A stretch of 64,000 nucleotides of DNA. Origin: Syntrophobacterales bacterium Delta_02 (GTDB taxonomy: Bacteria; Desulfobacterota; Syntrophorhabdia; Syntrophorhabdales; Syntrophorhabdaceae). The stretch covers positions 8 to 64,007 of the forward strand of contig LVAA01000062.1 in assembly GCA_001603955.1 (NCBI GenBank), in the 5' to 3' direction. The notes beneath the pieces were generated by a model that was not told the origin of the DNA, did no database searches, and saw nothing but the letters and a program-made list of their open reading frames with translations. Both the position numbers and the translations under genes were made by a program. Positions 29,804 to 38,833 of the stretch are shown in pieces. Numbering within the stretch: position 1 is the first letter of the stretch; every line of letters begins with the position of its first letter.

Positions 29804-30343
29804 TCAGCGCCTGAAGTCCCAGCTCAGGTTGTCGATGGCATCCACTACCGTCCTCGTCCCCGTCGCGAGAAGCAACACGTCCTGCGCCACGCGCACATAC
29901 TTGTGGTTCGGCGGCGGCGGTCCGAGCTCCGCAAGAACACTTCGCGGAAGGTTATAATAGACAACGCTCTGAGGGAGAGGCTTCCCGATGGCCCATTTCT
30001 TCGCCTGACCCGGAGGCATGCAGCCGTTTTGTTTCTTCGCCAGGCCCGGAGGGCATTTTTTCCCCTTCCGGTACTGGGAGGCGTAGTAATTATGAATGAT
30101 ATCACGTTGATGGTCAGTAAAATAGCGGTGCTTTCCCTCGGGCCCCCGGGGAGGAGGCACCTTGCGCTCACCCTGCCATCCGTCCTTATCGGCTGGCTGC
30201 GTGTCGTACTTTCGAGACGGCTCCTTGCTCTTCCCGCCACCTGCCCAGGGCGGTTTCTCCGCCAGCACCGGGCCTGCAACAAGCATAACGGCGAATACGA
30301 GACCCAAAACGAGACCCAACTTTGAAGACAAGTGTTTCATCAT
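29804..30343 (-). CDS. Secreted RcnB/CigR-like protein
   Basis: ORF 29804..30376. The start at MMKHL (30343) gives a signal peptide (LGLVLGLVFAVMLVAGPVLA). PPGLAKK / PPGQAKK motifs, then G-PLP...Y..LP...YVRV..DVLL..., as in the RcnB-type C-domain. Confidence 0.6.
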   Translation of the reverse strand: MMKHLSSKLGLVLGLVFAVMLVAGPVLAEKPPWAGGGKSKEPSRKYDTQPADKDGWQGERKVPPPRGPEGKHRYFTDHQRDIIHNYYASQYRKGKKCPPGLAKKQNGCMPPGQAKKWAIGKPLPQSVVYYNLPRSVLAELGPPPPNHKYVRVAQDVLLLATGTRTVVDAIDNLSWDFRR

Positions 30344-30429
30344 TCCCTCCCGACCCTCCTGCGAAGGTCTTTGCACAATATAGAGCTACCAGAGATGGCA
30401 CAGGTATGTCAAGGTAAGACAAATAACAG

Positions 30430-30558
30430 GCGGAAGACCGCATCCACCGGCACGGTATGCGTTAGACATGCCATCGCGCCAGAATAGCGATGGAAGAGCA
30501 CCGCCACAGATGCCTTTCCGTTCGGAGAGTAGCAGACATCAAGTGCGGCGATCGTCAC
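30430..30558 (-). pseudogene. Truncated duplicate of the 5' end of the endonuclease-V-like gene
   Basis: 129 bp, about 83% identical by eye to 29632-29760, with one 3-bp indel. Encodes VTIAALDVCYSPNGKASVAVLFHRYSGAMACLTHTVPVDAVFR, then diverges to a stop. Confidence 0.65.
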
Positions 30559-30574
30559 CTATTCGCCCTCCTCC

Positions 30575-32728
30575 CTATTCGTTCTTCATGGTCAGGGATA
30601 TCCGCCCGCGGGCGAGGTCGATGGAGAGGACCGTCACCATCACCTGCTGATGGACCTTCACCACCTCGGCGGCGTTCTTCACGAACCGGTTCGCGAGCTG
30701 GCTCACGTGGACAAGGCCGTCCTGATGAACGCCTATGTCTACAAAGGCGCCAAATGCCGTCACATTCGTCACGATGCCCGGAAGCCTCATCCCCGGCCTC
30801 AGGTCCTCCATCCTTTCTATGCCTTCCGCGAAGGCAAACACGTGGAACTCCTCCCTCGGGTCCCTGCCCGGCCGCGCAAGCTCGGCCATGATGTCCGTGA
30901 GCGTGGGCAGACCGGTCTTTTCCGTGACGTAGCGGCGAAGGTCCATGTTCTTCCTCAGGCCTTCATCACCCATGAGGTCCGCGACGGAGCATCGGGCGTC
31001 ACGCGCCATAGCCTCAACGACAGGGTAGCTCTCGGGATGGACGGCGCTCCCGTCGAGAGGGTTCGACGAGCCCCGTATCCGCAGGAACCCAGCCGACTGC
31101 TCGAAGGCCTTCGGCCCCAGCCTCGGAACCTTCATCAGCTCCTTTCTCGCCCCGAATGGACCGTTCTCGTTCCGGTACGACACGATGGCCTTTGCAAGGG
31201 CGGGACCCAGGCCGGACACGTAGGCGAGGAGCTGCGCGCTCGCCGTGTTGACCTCGACCCCGACGGCATTCACACAGCTCATCACCACGTCATCGAGGGC
31301 CCTCCTCAAGGCCGGTTGATCAACGTCATGCTGATACTGGCCGACACCGATCGACTTCGGGTCGATCTTGACGAGTTCGGCGAGGGGGTCCATAAGACGT
31401 CTCCCGATGGACACGGCCCCCCTGACCGTCACGTCTTCGTCGGGAAATTCCTCCCGGGCGACAGCGGACGCCGAGTAGATGGACGCCCCGCTCTCGTTGA
31501 CGCTGATCGTCTGCACCCGGCGCGGCAGGTCGAGCGCCTTCAGGAAGGACTCCGTTTCCCTGCCCGCCGTTCCGTTTCCCACGGCCACGGCCTCGACCCC
31601 GTACCGTTCGCACAGATCCGCTATGGTGCGGCCCGCCTCGTCGCGCTGGCTTTTCGACGTGTGGGGATAGATCGTGTCCCGGTGAAGAAGCTTGCCCTGC
31701 CTGTCGAGACAGACCACCTTGCATCCCGTCCTGAATCCCGGATCGATGGCGAGAACGCTCTTCTGCCCCAGCGGCGGAGCGAGGAGAAGCTGACGGAGGT
31801 TCTCCGAGAAGACCCTGATCGCCTCCGCGTCGGCCCGTTCCTTCAAGGTCACTCGGACCTCCGTCTCCATGGACGGAAAAAGGAGCCTCGCCGCGCCGTC
31901 TTCAACGGCTGCCGCAACCTCTTCGGGCGCCGGCGTAGCCGCGTTGACAAAGCGGTCCCTGAGCAGCCTTAAGGCCTCCTCCTCGCAGCCCGTGACGGAA
32001 AGCATCAGGAACCCCTCCCTCTCCCCCCGCCTCATGGCGAGCACCCGGTGGGACGGCGCGCTCCTGACCGGTTCCTGCCACTCATAATAGTCCCTGTACC
32101 TGGCACCCCCTTCTTCCTTTCCCGGTATCACCCTTGACGTAAGATGGGCCTTCGCAAGGAAAAGCTCCCTCAGCGCCGCCCGCGCCGATGCGTCCTCACT
32201 GATCCACTCGGCAATGATGTCCCGGGCGCCCGCGAGCGCCTCCTCTACCGTTTCCACACCCTTTTCGCCGTCGACGAAGGCAGCGGCCTGCCCGGCCGGG
32301 TCGAGCCCGGCGGAATCCACCCCTTCACCTGTGAAGAGCATCCGTGCGAGGGGCTCCAATCCTTTTTCCCTCGCGACTGTGGCACGGGTCCTGCGCTTGG
32401 GGCGGTAGGGCAGGTAGAGGTCCTCGAGAACGGCAAGTGTTTCGGCCGCTTCGAGCTGCTCCTTCAGCTCCTCTGTGAGCAGCTCTCTCTCCTCCAGGGA
32501 CCGCAGGATCGCCCCCTTTCGTTTATCCAGTTCTGCGAGCTCCTCCAGCCGGTCCCGTATCGCGCCTATAGCCACCTCGTCAAGGGACCCCGTGGCCTCT
32601 TTCCGGTAGCGGGCAATGAAAGGGACCGTGGCGCCGTCGGCAAGAAGCGCGGCCGCGGCCCTCACCCTTCCCTCGGGAATGCCGAGTTCTCTTGCTATCT
32701 TTTCACTATGTTCCATCTTCCTTTTCAC
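30575..32728 (-). CDS. tex: Tex-family transcription accessory protein (S1 RNA-binding)
   Basis: 717 aa. N-terminal TVPFIARYRKEATGSLDEV motif, YqgF-like and HhH regions, C-terminal S1 domain (GMRLPGIVTNVTAFGAFVDIGVHQDGLVHVSQL). Confidence 0.9.
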   Translation of the reverse strand: MKRKMEHSEKIARELGIPEGRVRAAAALLADGATVPFIARYRKEATGSLDEVAIGAIRDRLEELAELDKRKGAILRSLEERELLTEELKEQLEAAETLAVLEDLYLPYRPKRRTRATVAREKGLEPLARMLFTGEGVDSAGLDPAGQAAAFVDGEKGVETVEEALAGARDIIAEWISEDASARAALRELFLAKAHLTSRVIPGKEEGGARYRDYYEWQEPVRSAPSHRVLAMRRGEREGFLMLSVTGCEEEALRLLRDRFVNAATPAPEEVAAAVEDGAARLLFPSMETEVRVTLKERADAEAIRVFSENLRQLLLAPPLGQKSVLAIDPGFRTGCKVVCLDRQGKLLHRDTIYPHTSKSQRDEAGRTIADLCERYGVEAVAVGNGTAGRETESFLKALDLPRRVQTISVNESGASIYSASAVAREEFPDEDVTVRGAVSIGRRLMDPLAELVKIDPKSIGVGQYQHDVDQPALRRALDDVVMSCVNAVGVEVNTASAQLLAYVSGLGPALAKAIVSYRNENGPFGARKELMKVPRLGPKAFEQSAGFLRIRGSSNPLDGSAVHPESYPVVEAMARDARCSVADLMGDEGLRKNMDLRRYVTEKTGLPTLTDIMAELARPGRDPREEFHVFAFAEGIERMEDLRPGMRLPGIVTNVTAFGAFVDIGVHQDGLVHVSQLANRFVKNAAEVVKVHQQVMVTVLSIDLARGRISLTMKNE

Positions 32729-32787
32729 GTCTCCCGTATGATCGTTCGCGGCTCTTGACAGGCTGCTGAAAAAACCTTCTTATCGTC

Positions 32788-32808
32788 ATCCCGGACTTGA
32801 TCCGGGAT
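32788..32808. repeat. REP-like palindrome of the widespread VIPDLIRDP-type class
   Basis: ATCCCGG-ACTTGAT-CCGGGAT. A degenerate IPAFAGMT-type copy follows at about 32864-32887 (CACCGGCCTTCGCCGGAATGAAGG). Confidence 0.6.
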
Positions 32809-33043
32809 CCAGAGGCTTTTCTATCCCCACGTATTTCCCGGAGGTCGCTTCCGCGAGTGAAGACACCGGCCTTCGCCGGAATGAAGGGAAAGCATGAACC
32901 AAACCCGGAAACAACTCCGTCAAGAACCCGTTAAGAAACTAACTATAACCGAAGCCGCGGGGAAAGTGAAGCCCGATGGGGGCGGTGGCATTCTGCTATA
33001 CTGTATGTATACGGCCTACGAGATGTGGAAGGAGGTAGATGGA

Positions 33044-33571
33044 ATGCAACACCTGATTTCCTTCGTGGCACTGGCAGCGATCCTGCTCACCTTTTCGGGA
33101 GCAGCGGGCAAGGAGGTGACGAAAATGGACGTGATGACCATCGAAAGTCCTGCCTTCAGGGATAACGGCACGATCCCGAAACAGTATACCTGTGACGGGA
33201 AGGATATCAATCCGCCCCTGGTATTCCGGAACGTCCCCCCGGGGACCCGATCCCTTGCGCTTATCGTCGACGACCCCGACGCGCCTGCCGGGATATGGGT
33301 CCACTGGGTCGTGTGCAACATCGATCCGGGAACAAGGGAGATCAAGGAGAACACGGTACCTCCCGGCGCGCTTCAGGGGAAGAACGACTTCAGGAGGACG
33401 AACTACGGAGGACCGTGCCCCCCATCCGGGACACACCGGTACTTCTTCAAGCTATATGCCCTGGACACAGTCCTCGCCATCGACGGGAACCCGACAAAAC
33501 AGGGTCTCGAGAAGGCGATGAAGGGCCACATACTCGCAGAGGCGCAGACGGTCGGACTGTACAAGAGATAA
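33044..33571 (+). CDS. YbhB/YbcL-family PEBP (Raf kinase inhibitor-like) protein, secreted
   Basis: ORF 32894..33571. The ATG at 33044 has a GGAGG SD and gives a signal peptide. PEBP motifs DDPDAPAGIWVHWV and GPCPPSGTHRYFFKLYALD. Confidence 0.85.
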   Translation: MQHLISFVALAAILLTFSGAAGKEVTKMDVMTIESPAFRDNGTIPKQYTCDGKDINPPLVFRNVPPGTRSLALIVDDPDAPAGIWVHWVVCNIDPGTREIKENTVPPGALQGKNDFRRTNYGGPCPPSGTHRYFFKLYALDTVLAIDGNPTKQGLEKAMKGHILAEAQTVGLYKR

Positions 33572-33610
33572 CTCCTGTCCAGGGGGGCGCCATGAAGGCC
33601 TGAAAAACAG

Positions 33611-33639
33611 TTGACACTGTATACTCTCCCTGATAACCT
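33611..33639 (+). promoter_or_regulatory. Candidate sigma70 promoter for the dodecin gene
   Basis: TTGACA (33611-33616), 17-nt spacer, TAACCT (33634-33639). AAGGAGG SD precedes the ATG at 33668. Confidence 0.35.
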
Positions 33640-33667
33640 TGATTAAAAAAGGCACAAGGAGGCTTTT

Positions 33668-33883
33668 ATGAGGTCTGAAGGCAGGGTCGCACGCGTTACG
33701 GAGGTCATCGCGGGATCTCCCAAGAGTTTTGAAGATGCCGTGGTTATCGGGTTCAGACGAGCTTCCAAGACGCTACGGGGTATTACCGGCCTGCGCGTGA
33801 AGGAACAGCGCGCGAGGGTCGAGGATGGAAAGATAATAGAATTCCGCGTCACCCTCGAGGTCATCTTTATCCTGGAAAGCTGA
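33668..33883 (+). CDS. Dodecin-family flavin-binding protein
   Basis: 71 aa. ARVTEVIAGSPKSFEDAVVIGFRRASKTLRGITGLRVKEQRARVEDGKIIEFRVTLEV matches the dodecin pattern. Confidence 0.85.
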   Translation: MRSEGRVARVTEVIAGSPKSFEDAVVIGFRRASKTLRGITGLRVKEQRARVEDGKIIEFRVTLEVIFILES

Positions 33884-33910
33884 TATACACCGTACAGCAT
33901 AAAGAGCAAG

Positions 33911-33944
33911 GCGTAAGGTCTCACATCTTACGCTTTCTTTTTTC
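33911..33944 (+). terminator. Rho-independent terminator after the dodecin gene
   Basis: Stem GCGTAAG / CTTACGC (33911-33917 / 33927-33933), followed by TTTCTTTTTT. Confidence 0.7.
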
Positions 33945-33950
33945 TGAAAG

Positions 33951-34056
33951 GCCTTCAAGGTCCAACGTCAAAGGTTCAACGTTAGAAGAATACGGAATGG
34001 GGATCGTTCCGGGAGAGAAAACTGTTTCAGGTTCCGGGTTTCACGTTTCAAGTTAA
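33951..34056. repeat. Composite repeat element (chimeric: 9-mer-type left part, 7-mer-type right part)
   Basis: The left part TTCAACGTTAGAAG resembles TTGAACGTTAAGAAC of the 42.2-kb element. The right part is 4 heptads GTTTCAG GTTCCGG GTTTCAC GTTTCAA (34024-34051). Lies between convergent gene ends. Confidence 0.5.
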
Positions 34057-34105
34057 AAGCCAGGAAAAACACCGGTGCCCGCAGGGGCGGGGTCTGTCAC
34101 CGGTC

Positions 34106-34942
34106 TTACCCGGTCTCTTCGAGACGCCTGACGAGATTACCTGCCACCTGTCTTCGATATTGCGCTGACGCGCGGATATCGCTTATGGGACGGACCCCCT
34201 CTCGGGTAATGGCCGCCGCCGACACCAGGGTGTCTCCATCCATGGGTTTCCCGGCAAAGCACTCGTCGAGGTCCCGCGAGGTAAATACCGTGGGGGCAAC
34301 GCTTCCAAAGGCGCACCGCGCCCTGGCGACGACCCCCCCGGCGCCGATGGCCGCGGCGAAGGCGAAGGAGGCAACGCTGATCGCCATGGCCTTGCGCTGT
34401 CCCACCTTCTCGAAATGGTTGAAGTTGAAACCATGGTCCTTCCGCATGACGACGGCACAGAGGACCTCGCCTGGCGCAAGCTGCGTCCGGCCGGGACCCG
34501 TGATGAAGGCCTCGACGGGTATCCTGCGTTCCCCCCGGGGCGAACGAAGCTCCACTTCGGCTCCATAGATGTAGAGCGGCGGTAATGTGTCGCCCGCCGG
34601 GGATGCGGTACAGATATTGCCGCCGATCGTCCCCATGTTCCGCACCGCCGGCGCCCCCACGTGCCGTGCCGCCTCGCGGAGAAGAGGGAAAAGGCCCTTG
34701 ACGAGACCGCCGGACACCAGTTCGCTGTGTGTCGTTGCGGCGCCGATACGCACCTCGTCCGCGCTTTCCTCGACCACCCTTAGTTCCTTTACTTTCTCGA
34801 TACAGACCAGGGGGCTTTCAACACCCTGAAATGGCAGGCGCACCATGAGATCGGTACCACCGGCGAAGATCCTCACCGCGGGCTGATCGGAGATTATCCC
34901 GAGGAGTTCCTCCAGTGACAGCGGGAGATAGACCTTAGCCAT
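34106..34942 (-). CDS. Molybdenum hydroxylase FAD-binding subunit (CoxM/XdhB-like)
   Basis: ORF 34106..34987. The start MAKVYLPL at 34942 overlaps the upstream stop (ATGGCTAA). FAD motif IFAGGTDLMV. Confidence 0.85.
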   Translation of the reverse strand: MAKVYLPLSLEELLGIISDQPAVRIFAGGTDLMVRLPFQGVESPLVCIEKVKELRVVEESADEVRIGAATTHSELVSGGLVKGLFPLLREAARHVGAPAVRNMGTIGGNICTASPAGDTLPPLYIYGAEVELRSPRGERRIPVEAFITGPGRTQLAPGEVLCAVVMRKDHGFNFNHFEKVGQRKAMAISVASFAFAAAIGAGGVVARARCAFGSVAPTVFTSRDLDECFAGKPMDGDTLVSAAAITREGVRPISDIRASAQYRRQVAGNLVRRLEETG

Positions 34943-35420
34943 CCGAACCGCCCCCCCGCATCTTTGCCGCAGCGTCCTCGATGGCATCGACTATCTTCTG
35001 GTATCCCGTACACCGGCAAATGTTGCCGCTGATCGCTTCCCGGATCTCTTCCCGCGTCGGCCCGGCATTCTCCTCCAGGAACCCGACGGCCGTCATCACC
35101 ATGCCGGGCGTGCAGAAACCGCATTGCACCGCGCCGAGTTCGACGAAAGAACTCTGCACGGGATGCAGCTCACCGCCGCGGGAAACCCCCTCGATGGTGA
35201 CCACCTTTCTGCCATTCAGCTGTGCCGCCGTCATGAGACAGGATAGTTTCACCACGCCGTCGATGAGGACCGAGCAGGCACCGCACTCCCCCTCACCGCA
35301 CCCCTCCTTCGTACCGGTAAGGCCAAGATCCTCGCGCAGAACATCTACGGCCCTCCTGGCAGGGTCTGTCACGACGGTCATGGGGGAACCGTTCAGGATA
35401 AAGGATATCTTCTCTTTCAC
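34935..35420 (-). CDS. (2Fe-2S)-binding small subunit of a molybdenum hydroxylase (CoxS-like)
   Basis: 161 aa. GCGEGECGACSV, QCGFCTPGMVM and NICRCTGYQKI motifs. Confidence 0.9.
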   Translation of the reverse strand: MKEKISFILNGSPMTVVTDPARRAVDVLREDLGLTGTKEGCGEGECGACSVLIDGVVKLSCLMTAAQLNGRKVVTIEGVSRGGELHPVQSSFVELGAVQCGFCTPGMVMTAVGFLEENAGPTREEIREAISGNICRCTGYQKIVDAIEDAAAKMRGGGSDG

Positions 35421-37702
35421 CCCTCCCCTCCTTCCCGGGCAAGAGCCGACAACACCCTCTCCGGGGTCAGCGGCAGTCTCGATACCCTCACCCCGCAGGC
35501 ATCGTGAAAGGCATTGGCTATGGCGGGCAGGGACCCGCTGATGACCACCTCTCCGATCCCCTTCATACCGAAGGGACCCGTCGTTTCATCGGACTCTACA
35601 GGAACGGAGACCATGTCGGGGACATCCAGGGACGTGGGAACGATGTAGGTCGCCAGGTCTCCCGTCTCGTGCCGGCCATCCTTTACGATGTAATCCTCCA
35701 TGAGGGCGTACCCGATGCCCTGCGCGATGGAACCCTGGACCTGCTGATCGTACAGGGAGCGGTTCAACACCCTGCCCGCATCGGTGACGGCCACATAATC
35801 GACGACATCTATCCTTCCCGTCAGGGTATCGACCTCGATGCGGGCCAGATGCGCGCCGTAGGAGAACAGCACGTGTGTGCCAAGGTACATTATCTCCATG
35901 GTATTCTCGTCGTAAGGGGTCCGGAAATAACCCTTGCACGACCTGTCTCCGGCATCGATGAGGGCCGCCACGTCACGGAGGGAGATCTCACGGCCCCTTT
36001 CCCTGATCCTCACAGCACCCGGGACCAGCTCCACCGAGTCAGCACCCTCGACCCCCGAAGACCGGGCAGCCGACTGAAGGATGGCCTCCCTGAGTGCCGT
36101 CGCCGCCTGTATAACGGCATTACCGAAGGTGTACGTCGTACGGCTTGCCGAGGAGGAGCCCGAGGGAAGACCGTGGTCCGTATCGGGCTGGACGATCTCC
36201 ATCGTTGCCGGGTCCTGGTTCAGTACCTCAGCCGCTATCCTGAGGTAGGTGGCCGCATTCCCCTGTCCCATATCGGTGACACCCGAATAGACGCGAAACG
36301 TCCCGTTCTCTCTCAGTTCCACCCGGGCATTCGCCTCGTCGGGAACCACGGCGGGATAACCTATCGCGTGGGCCATGCAGCCGACACCGCAGCCGCGCCT
36401 CTTCCACCCGCGGGCCGACGCCTTCCAGGCCTCCCGGTCTCTCCACAAAGGATGGTCCAGGAGCCTGTCCACACACTCCGGGAACCCCGTCGAGTATTTA
36501 AGCTCCACGCCCACGCAGTTCAGGTCGCCCGTCCTCAGCGCGTTGACACGGCGCAGCTCGAGAGGGTCAAGGGCGAGCTTCTGCGCCACCATGTCGACAA
36601 CCTGTTCCATGCCCGCCATCGACTGCGGCACGCCGAAACCCCGAAAAGGGCCTCCCAGGGCATTGTTCGTATAGGCACAATACCCCTCGATGTGAACGTT
36701 GGGTATCCGGTATGCCGATCCGGCATGTTCCACACCCATTGCCATGATCTCGCCGGAGAGTCCCGCGTAAGGGCCACCGTCGAAGTAGAGCCTGCAGGAA
36801 AGCGCCTGAAACGCGCCGTCTTTCTTCGCTCCGAGGCGATAGTACGTCTTTGCGGGGAGCCTCTTCACCCCGGCGAGAAAACTCTCCCGTCTGTTCCACC
36901 ACATCTTCACGGGCACTCCCCCCGAGTTCAAAGCGGCAAGGCCCAGCAGGCATTGCACCGTTATACCGTCCTTCCCGCCGAAGGCCCCTCCGAGATAGGG
37001 GGCAATGACACGCACTTTATCCACGCCGAGGCCCAGGGCGGCCGCCATCTCCTTCCTGTCCCGGTGGGGGTTCTGCGTCGATACCACAATGACCAGCACC
37101 CCGCCGTCATCGACATAGGCCCAACCGGCTTCCGTTTCGAGATAGGCGTGCTCCTGGCGCGGTGCCTCGAAAATACCCTCGGCTACGACGTCGCAATCGC
37201 GAAAGGCCGCGTCGGGGTCTCCCCGCCTTACACGTACAGCCCTCAGGAGATTCCCTTCCTCGTTGTCCTCGTGGATCCTGGGCGCACCTTCCTTCAGGGC
37301 CTCTTCAGGATCGAAGACACCCGGCAGCAGCTCGTGGTCGAAGGTGATGAGATCGAGCGCCTCGCAAAGCGCCTGACGGCTGTGGGCCACCACCACGGCG
37401 ATGGGGTCCCCCGCGTGGCGGATGACCCTGTCGACAAGCACCGGCTGATGGTTCCTCACGATCCCGAGCCTGTTCGACCCGCCAACATCGCGGAAGGTCA
37501 GGATGCGAACAACACCGGGATGCGCCGCGGCGAGTGATGTGTGAACGGCTAGCAGCCGTGCGTGCGGCACGAGAGCCCGCTTCGCGCCGGCCCAGAAGAA
37601 CTCTTCCGAATACTCGTCGGCGGCGTATCTCTCCCGTCCCGTGACCTTCGAGAAGGCGTCGAGGCGGGGTCCGTCGAGGACATGTCTCCCACCTTCCTTC
37701 AC
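35417..37702 (-). CDS. Xanthine dehydrogenase / aldehyde oxidoreductase family molybdopterin-binding large subunit
   Basis: 761 aa. GGAFGGK and GGPFRGFGVPQ motifs. 4-nt overlaps with both neighbours. Confidence 0.9.
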   Translation of the reverse strand: MKEGGRHVLDGPRLDAFSKVTGRERYAADEYSEEFFWAGAKRALVPHARLLAVHTSLAAAHPGVVRILTFRDVGGSNRLGIVRNHQPVLVDRVIRHAGDPIAVVVAHSRQALCEALDLITFDHELLPGVFDPEEALKEGAPRIHEDNEEGNLLRAVRVRRGDPDAAFRDCDVVAEGIFEAPRQEHAYLETEAGWAYVDDGGVLVIVVSTQNPHRDRKEMAAALGLGVDKVRVIAPYLGGAFGGKDGITVQCLLGLAALNSGGVPVKMWWNRRESFLAGVKRLPAKTYYRLGAKKDGAFQALSCRLYFDGGPYAGLSGEIMAMGVEHAGSAYRIPNVHIEGYCAYTNNALGGPFRGFGVPQSMAGMEQVVDMVAQKLALDPLELRRVNALRTGDLNCVGVELKYSTGFPECVDRLLDHPLWRDREAWKASARGWKRRGCGVGCMAHAIGYPAVVPDEANARVELRENGTFRVYSGVTDMGQGNAATYLRIAAEVLNQDPATMEIVQPDTDHGLPSGSSSASRTTYTFGNAVIQAATALREAILQSAARSSGVEGADSVELVPGAVRIRERGREISLRDVAALIDAGDRSCKGYFRTPYDENTMEIMYLGTHVLFSYGAHLARIEVDTLTGRIDVVDYVAVTDAGRVLNRSLYDQQVQGSIAQGIGYALMEDYIVKDGRHETGDLATYIVPTSLDVPDMVSVPVESDETTGPFGMKGIGEVVISGSLPAIANAFHDACGVRVSRLPLTPERVLSALAREGGEG

Positions 37703-38823
37703 AGGGCAGCCTCCCGTTCGGAAAGGATCTCACCGAGACCCCGCACGAAGTCCTCCATCGCCTCATGTACCCCGATGCTTACGCGGATCCAGTTGGGGAA
37801 ACGAAAACCCGTCATCGTCCGAATCATGACCCCCCTTGCCATGAGTTGCCGGTACACAAGGGTATCGCTCAGAGGGAGCCTCACCATGACGTAGCACCCT
37901 TCACCGGCGTGCGTCTCCAGGCCAAGGCTCGCCAGCTCCTCAAGCAGGTACGCCTTCTCGGCATTGACGTGCCGCCTCGTCCGGGCCACGTGCTCATCGT
38001 CGCCGATGGCGGCCAGCGCCGCCTCCTGGGCAAGGCCGTTCACCGAGTAGACGACACAGGTCCGCCGGATCACATCCACAACGTCACGGCTCCCCGCAAG
38101 ATAACCGATGCGGAGCCCGGCAAGGCCGTACATCTTGGAAAATGTCCGGAAGGTCACGAGGTTGGGGTACTCCTTGAGGAGCTTCATCGCGTCGGGATAG
38201 TCGTCTGCCTCGACGAATTCGCAGTATGCCTCGTCGACGACGACGACCTGTCTCCCGGCGACCCTGTCGAGAAACCTTCTGAGCCTCGTTTCGTCCCAGT
38301 AGGTCCCCGTGGGGTTGTTGGGGTTGCAGACGAAGAGTATTTTCGTCCTGTCGTCTATGCGGGCAAGCATCCCCTCGTCGTCGAAACCGAAATCCTTGAG
38401 AGGCGTGAGCCTCGCCTCGAAGCCGGAGAAGGCCGCCACCCATTCATAGACGGCAAAGGTCTTGTCGGCGGTGATGATGTTGTCCCCTTCCTGGCAGAAA
38501 GCCTTGATAACAAAGGCGATGGCCTCGTTCGCCCCGTTGCCGAACACGATCTGGTCGGGATCGAGACCGAATCTTTCCGCCAACCTCACGCGCAGGTACC
38601 AGGAATCACCGCTGGGATAAATGCTCGCCCTCTTCGGCGGGAACTGCGCGATGACCCGCGCCGAGCCCTCGGGAGGGCCCAGGGGGTTCTCGTTGTTGTT
38701 CAGCCGCCACAGGTGGTCCACCTTGTAGAACCTCATCAGTTCCGGGTCGGGACGGGACGGGATGTACGCCTCGAACTTCTTGATATATTCAGGGACAAGC
38801 CTGTTAAGGGGAACGTCAAACAC
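37699..38823 (-). CDS. Class I/II PLP aminotransferase, histidinol-phosphate aminotransferase-like
   Basis: 374 aa. NNNENPLGPP, CNPNNPTG, and FSKMYGLAGLRIGY (PLP lysine). Confidence 0.85.
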   Translation of the reverse strand: MFDVPLNRLVPEYIKKFEAYIPSRPDPELMRFYKVDHLWRLNNNENPLGPPEGSARVIAQFPPKRASIYPSGDSWYLRVRLAERFGLDPDQIVFGNGANEAIAFVIKAFCQEGDNIITADKTFAVYEWVAAFSGFEARLTPLKDFGFDDEGMLARIDDRTKILFVCNPNNPTGTYWDETRLRRFLDRVAGRQVVVVDEAYCEFVEADDYPDAMKLLKEYPNLVTFRTFSKMYGLAGLRIGYLAGSRDVVDVIRRTCVVYSVNGLAQEAALAAIGDDEHVARTRRHVNAEKAYLLEELASLGLETHAGEGCYVMVRLPLSDTLVYRQLMARGVMIRTMTGFRFPNWIRVSIGVHEAMEDFVRGLGEILSEREAAL

Positions 38824-38833
38824 GTGAGAGACC

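Noticed and set aside
35504-37537. 677-aa plus-strand ORF, plus 37765..38850 (361 aa), 30650..31972 (440 aa) and 40613..41854 (413 aa)
   Set aside because: They are antisense to the Mo-hydroxylase large subunit, the aminotransferase, tex and ygiQ respectively. No motifs are present, and the composition is that of mirror frames.
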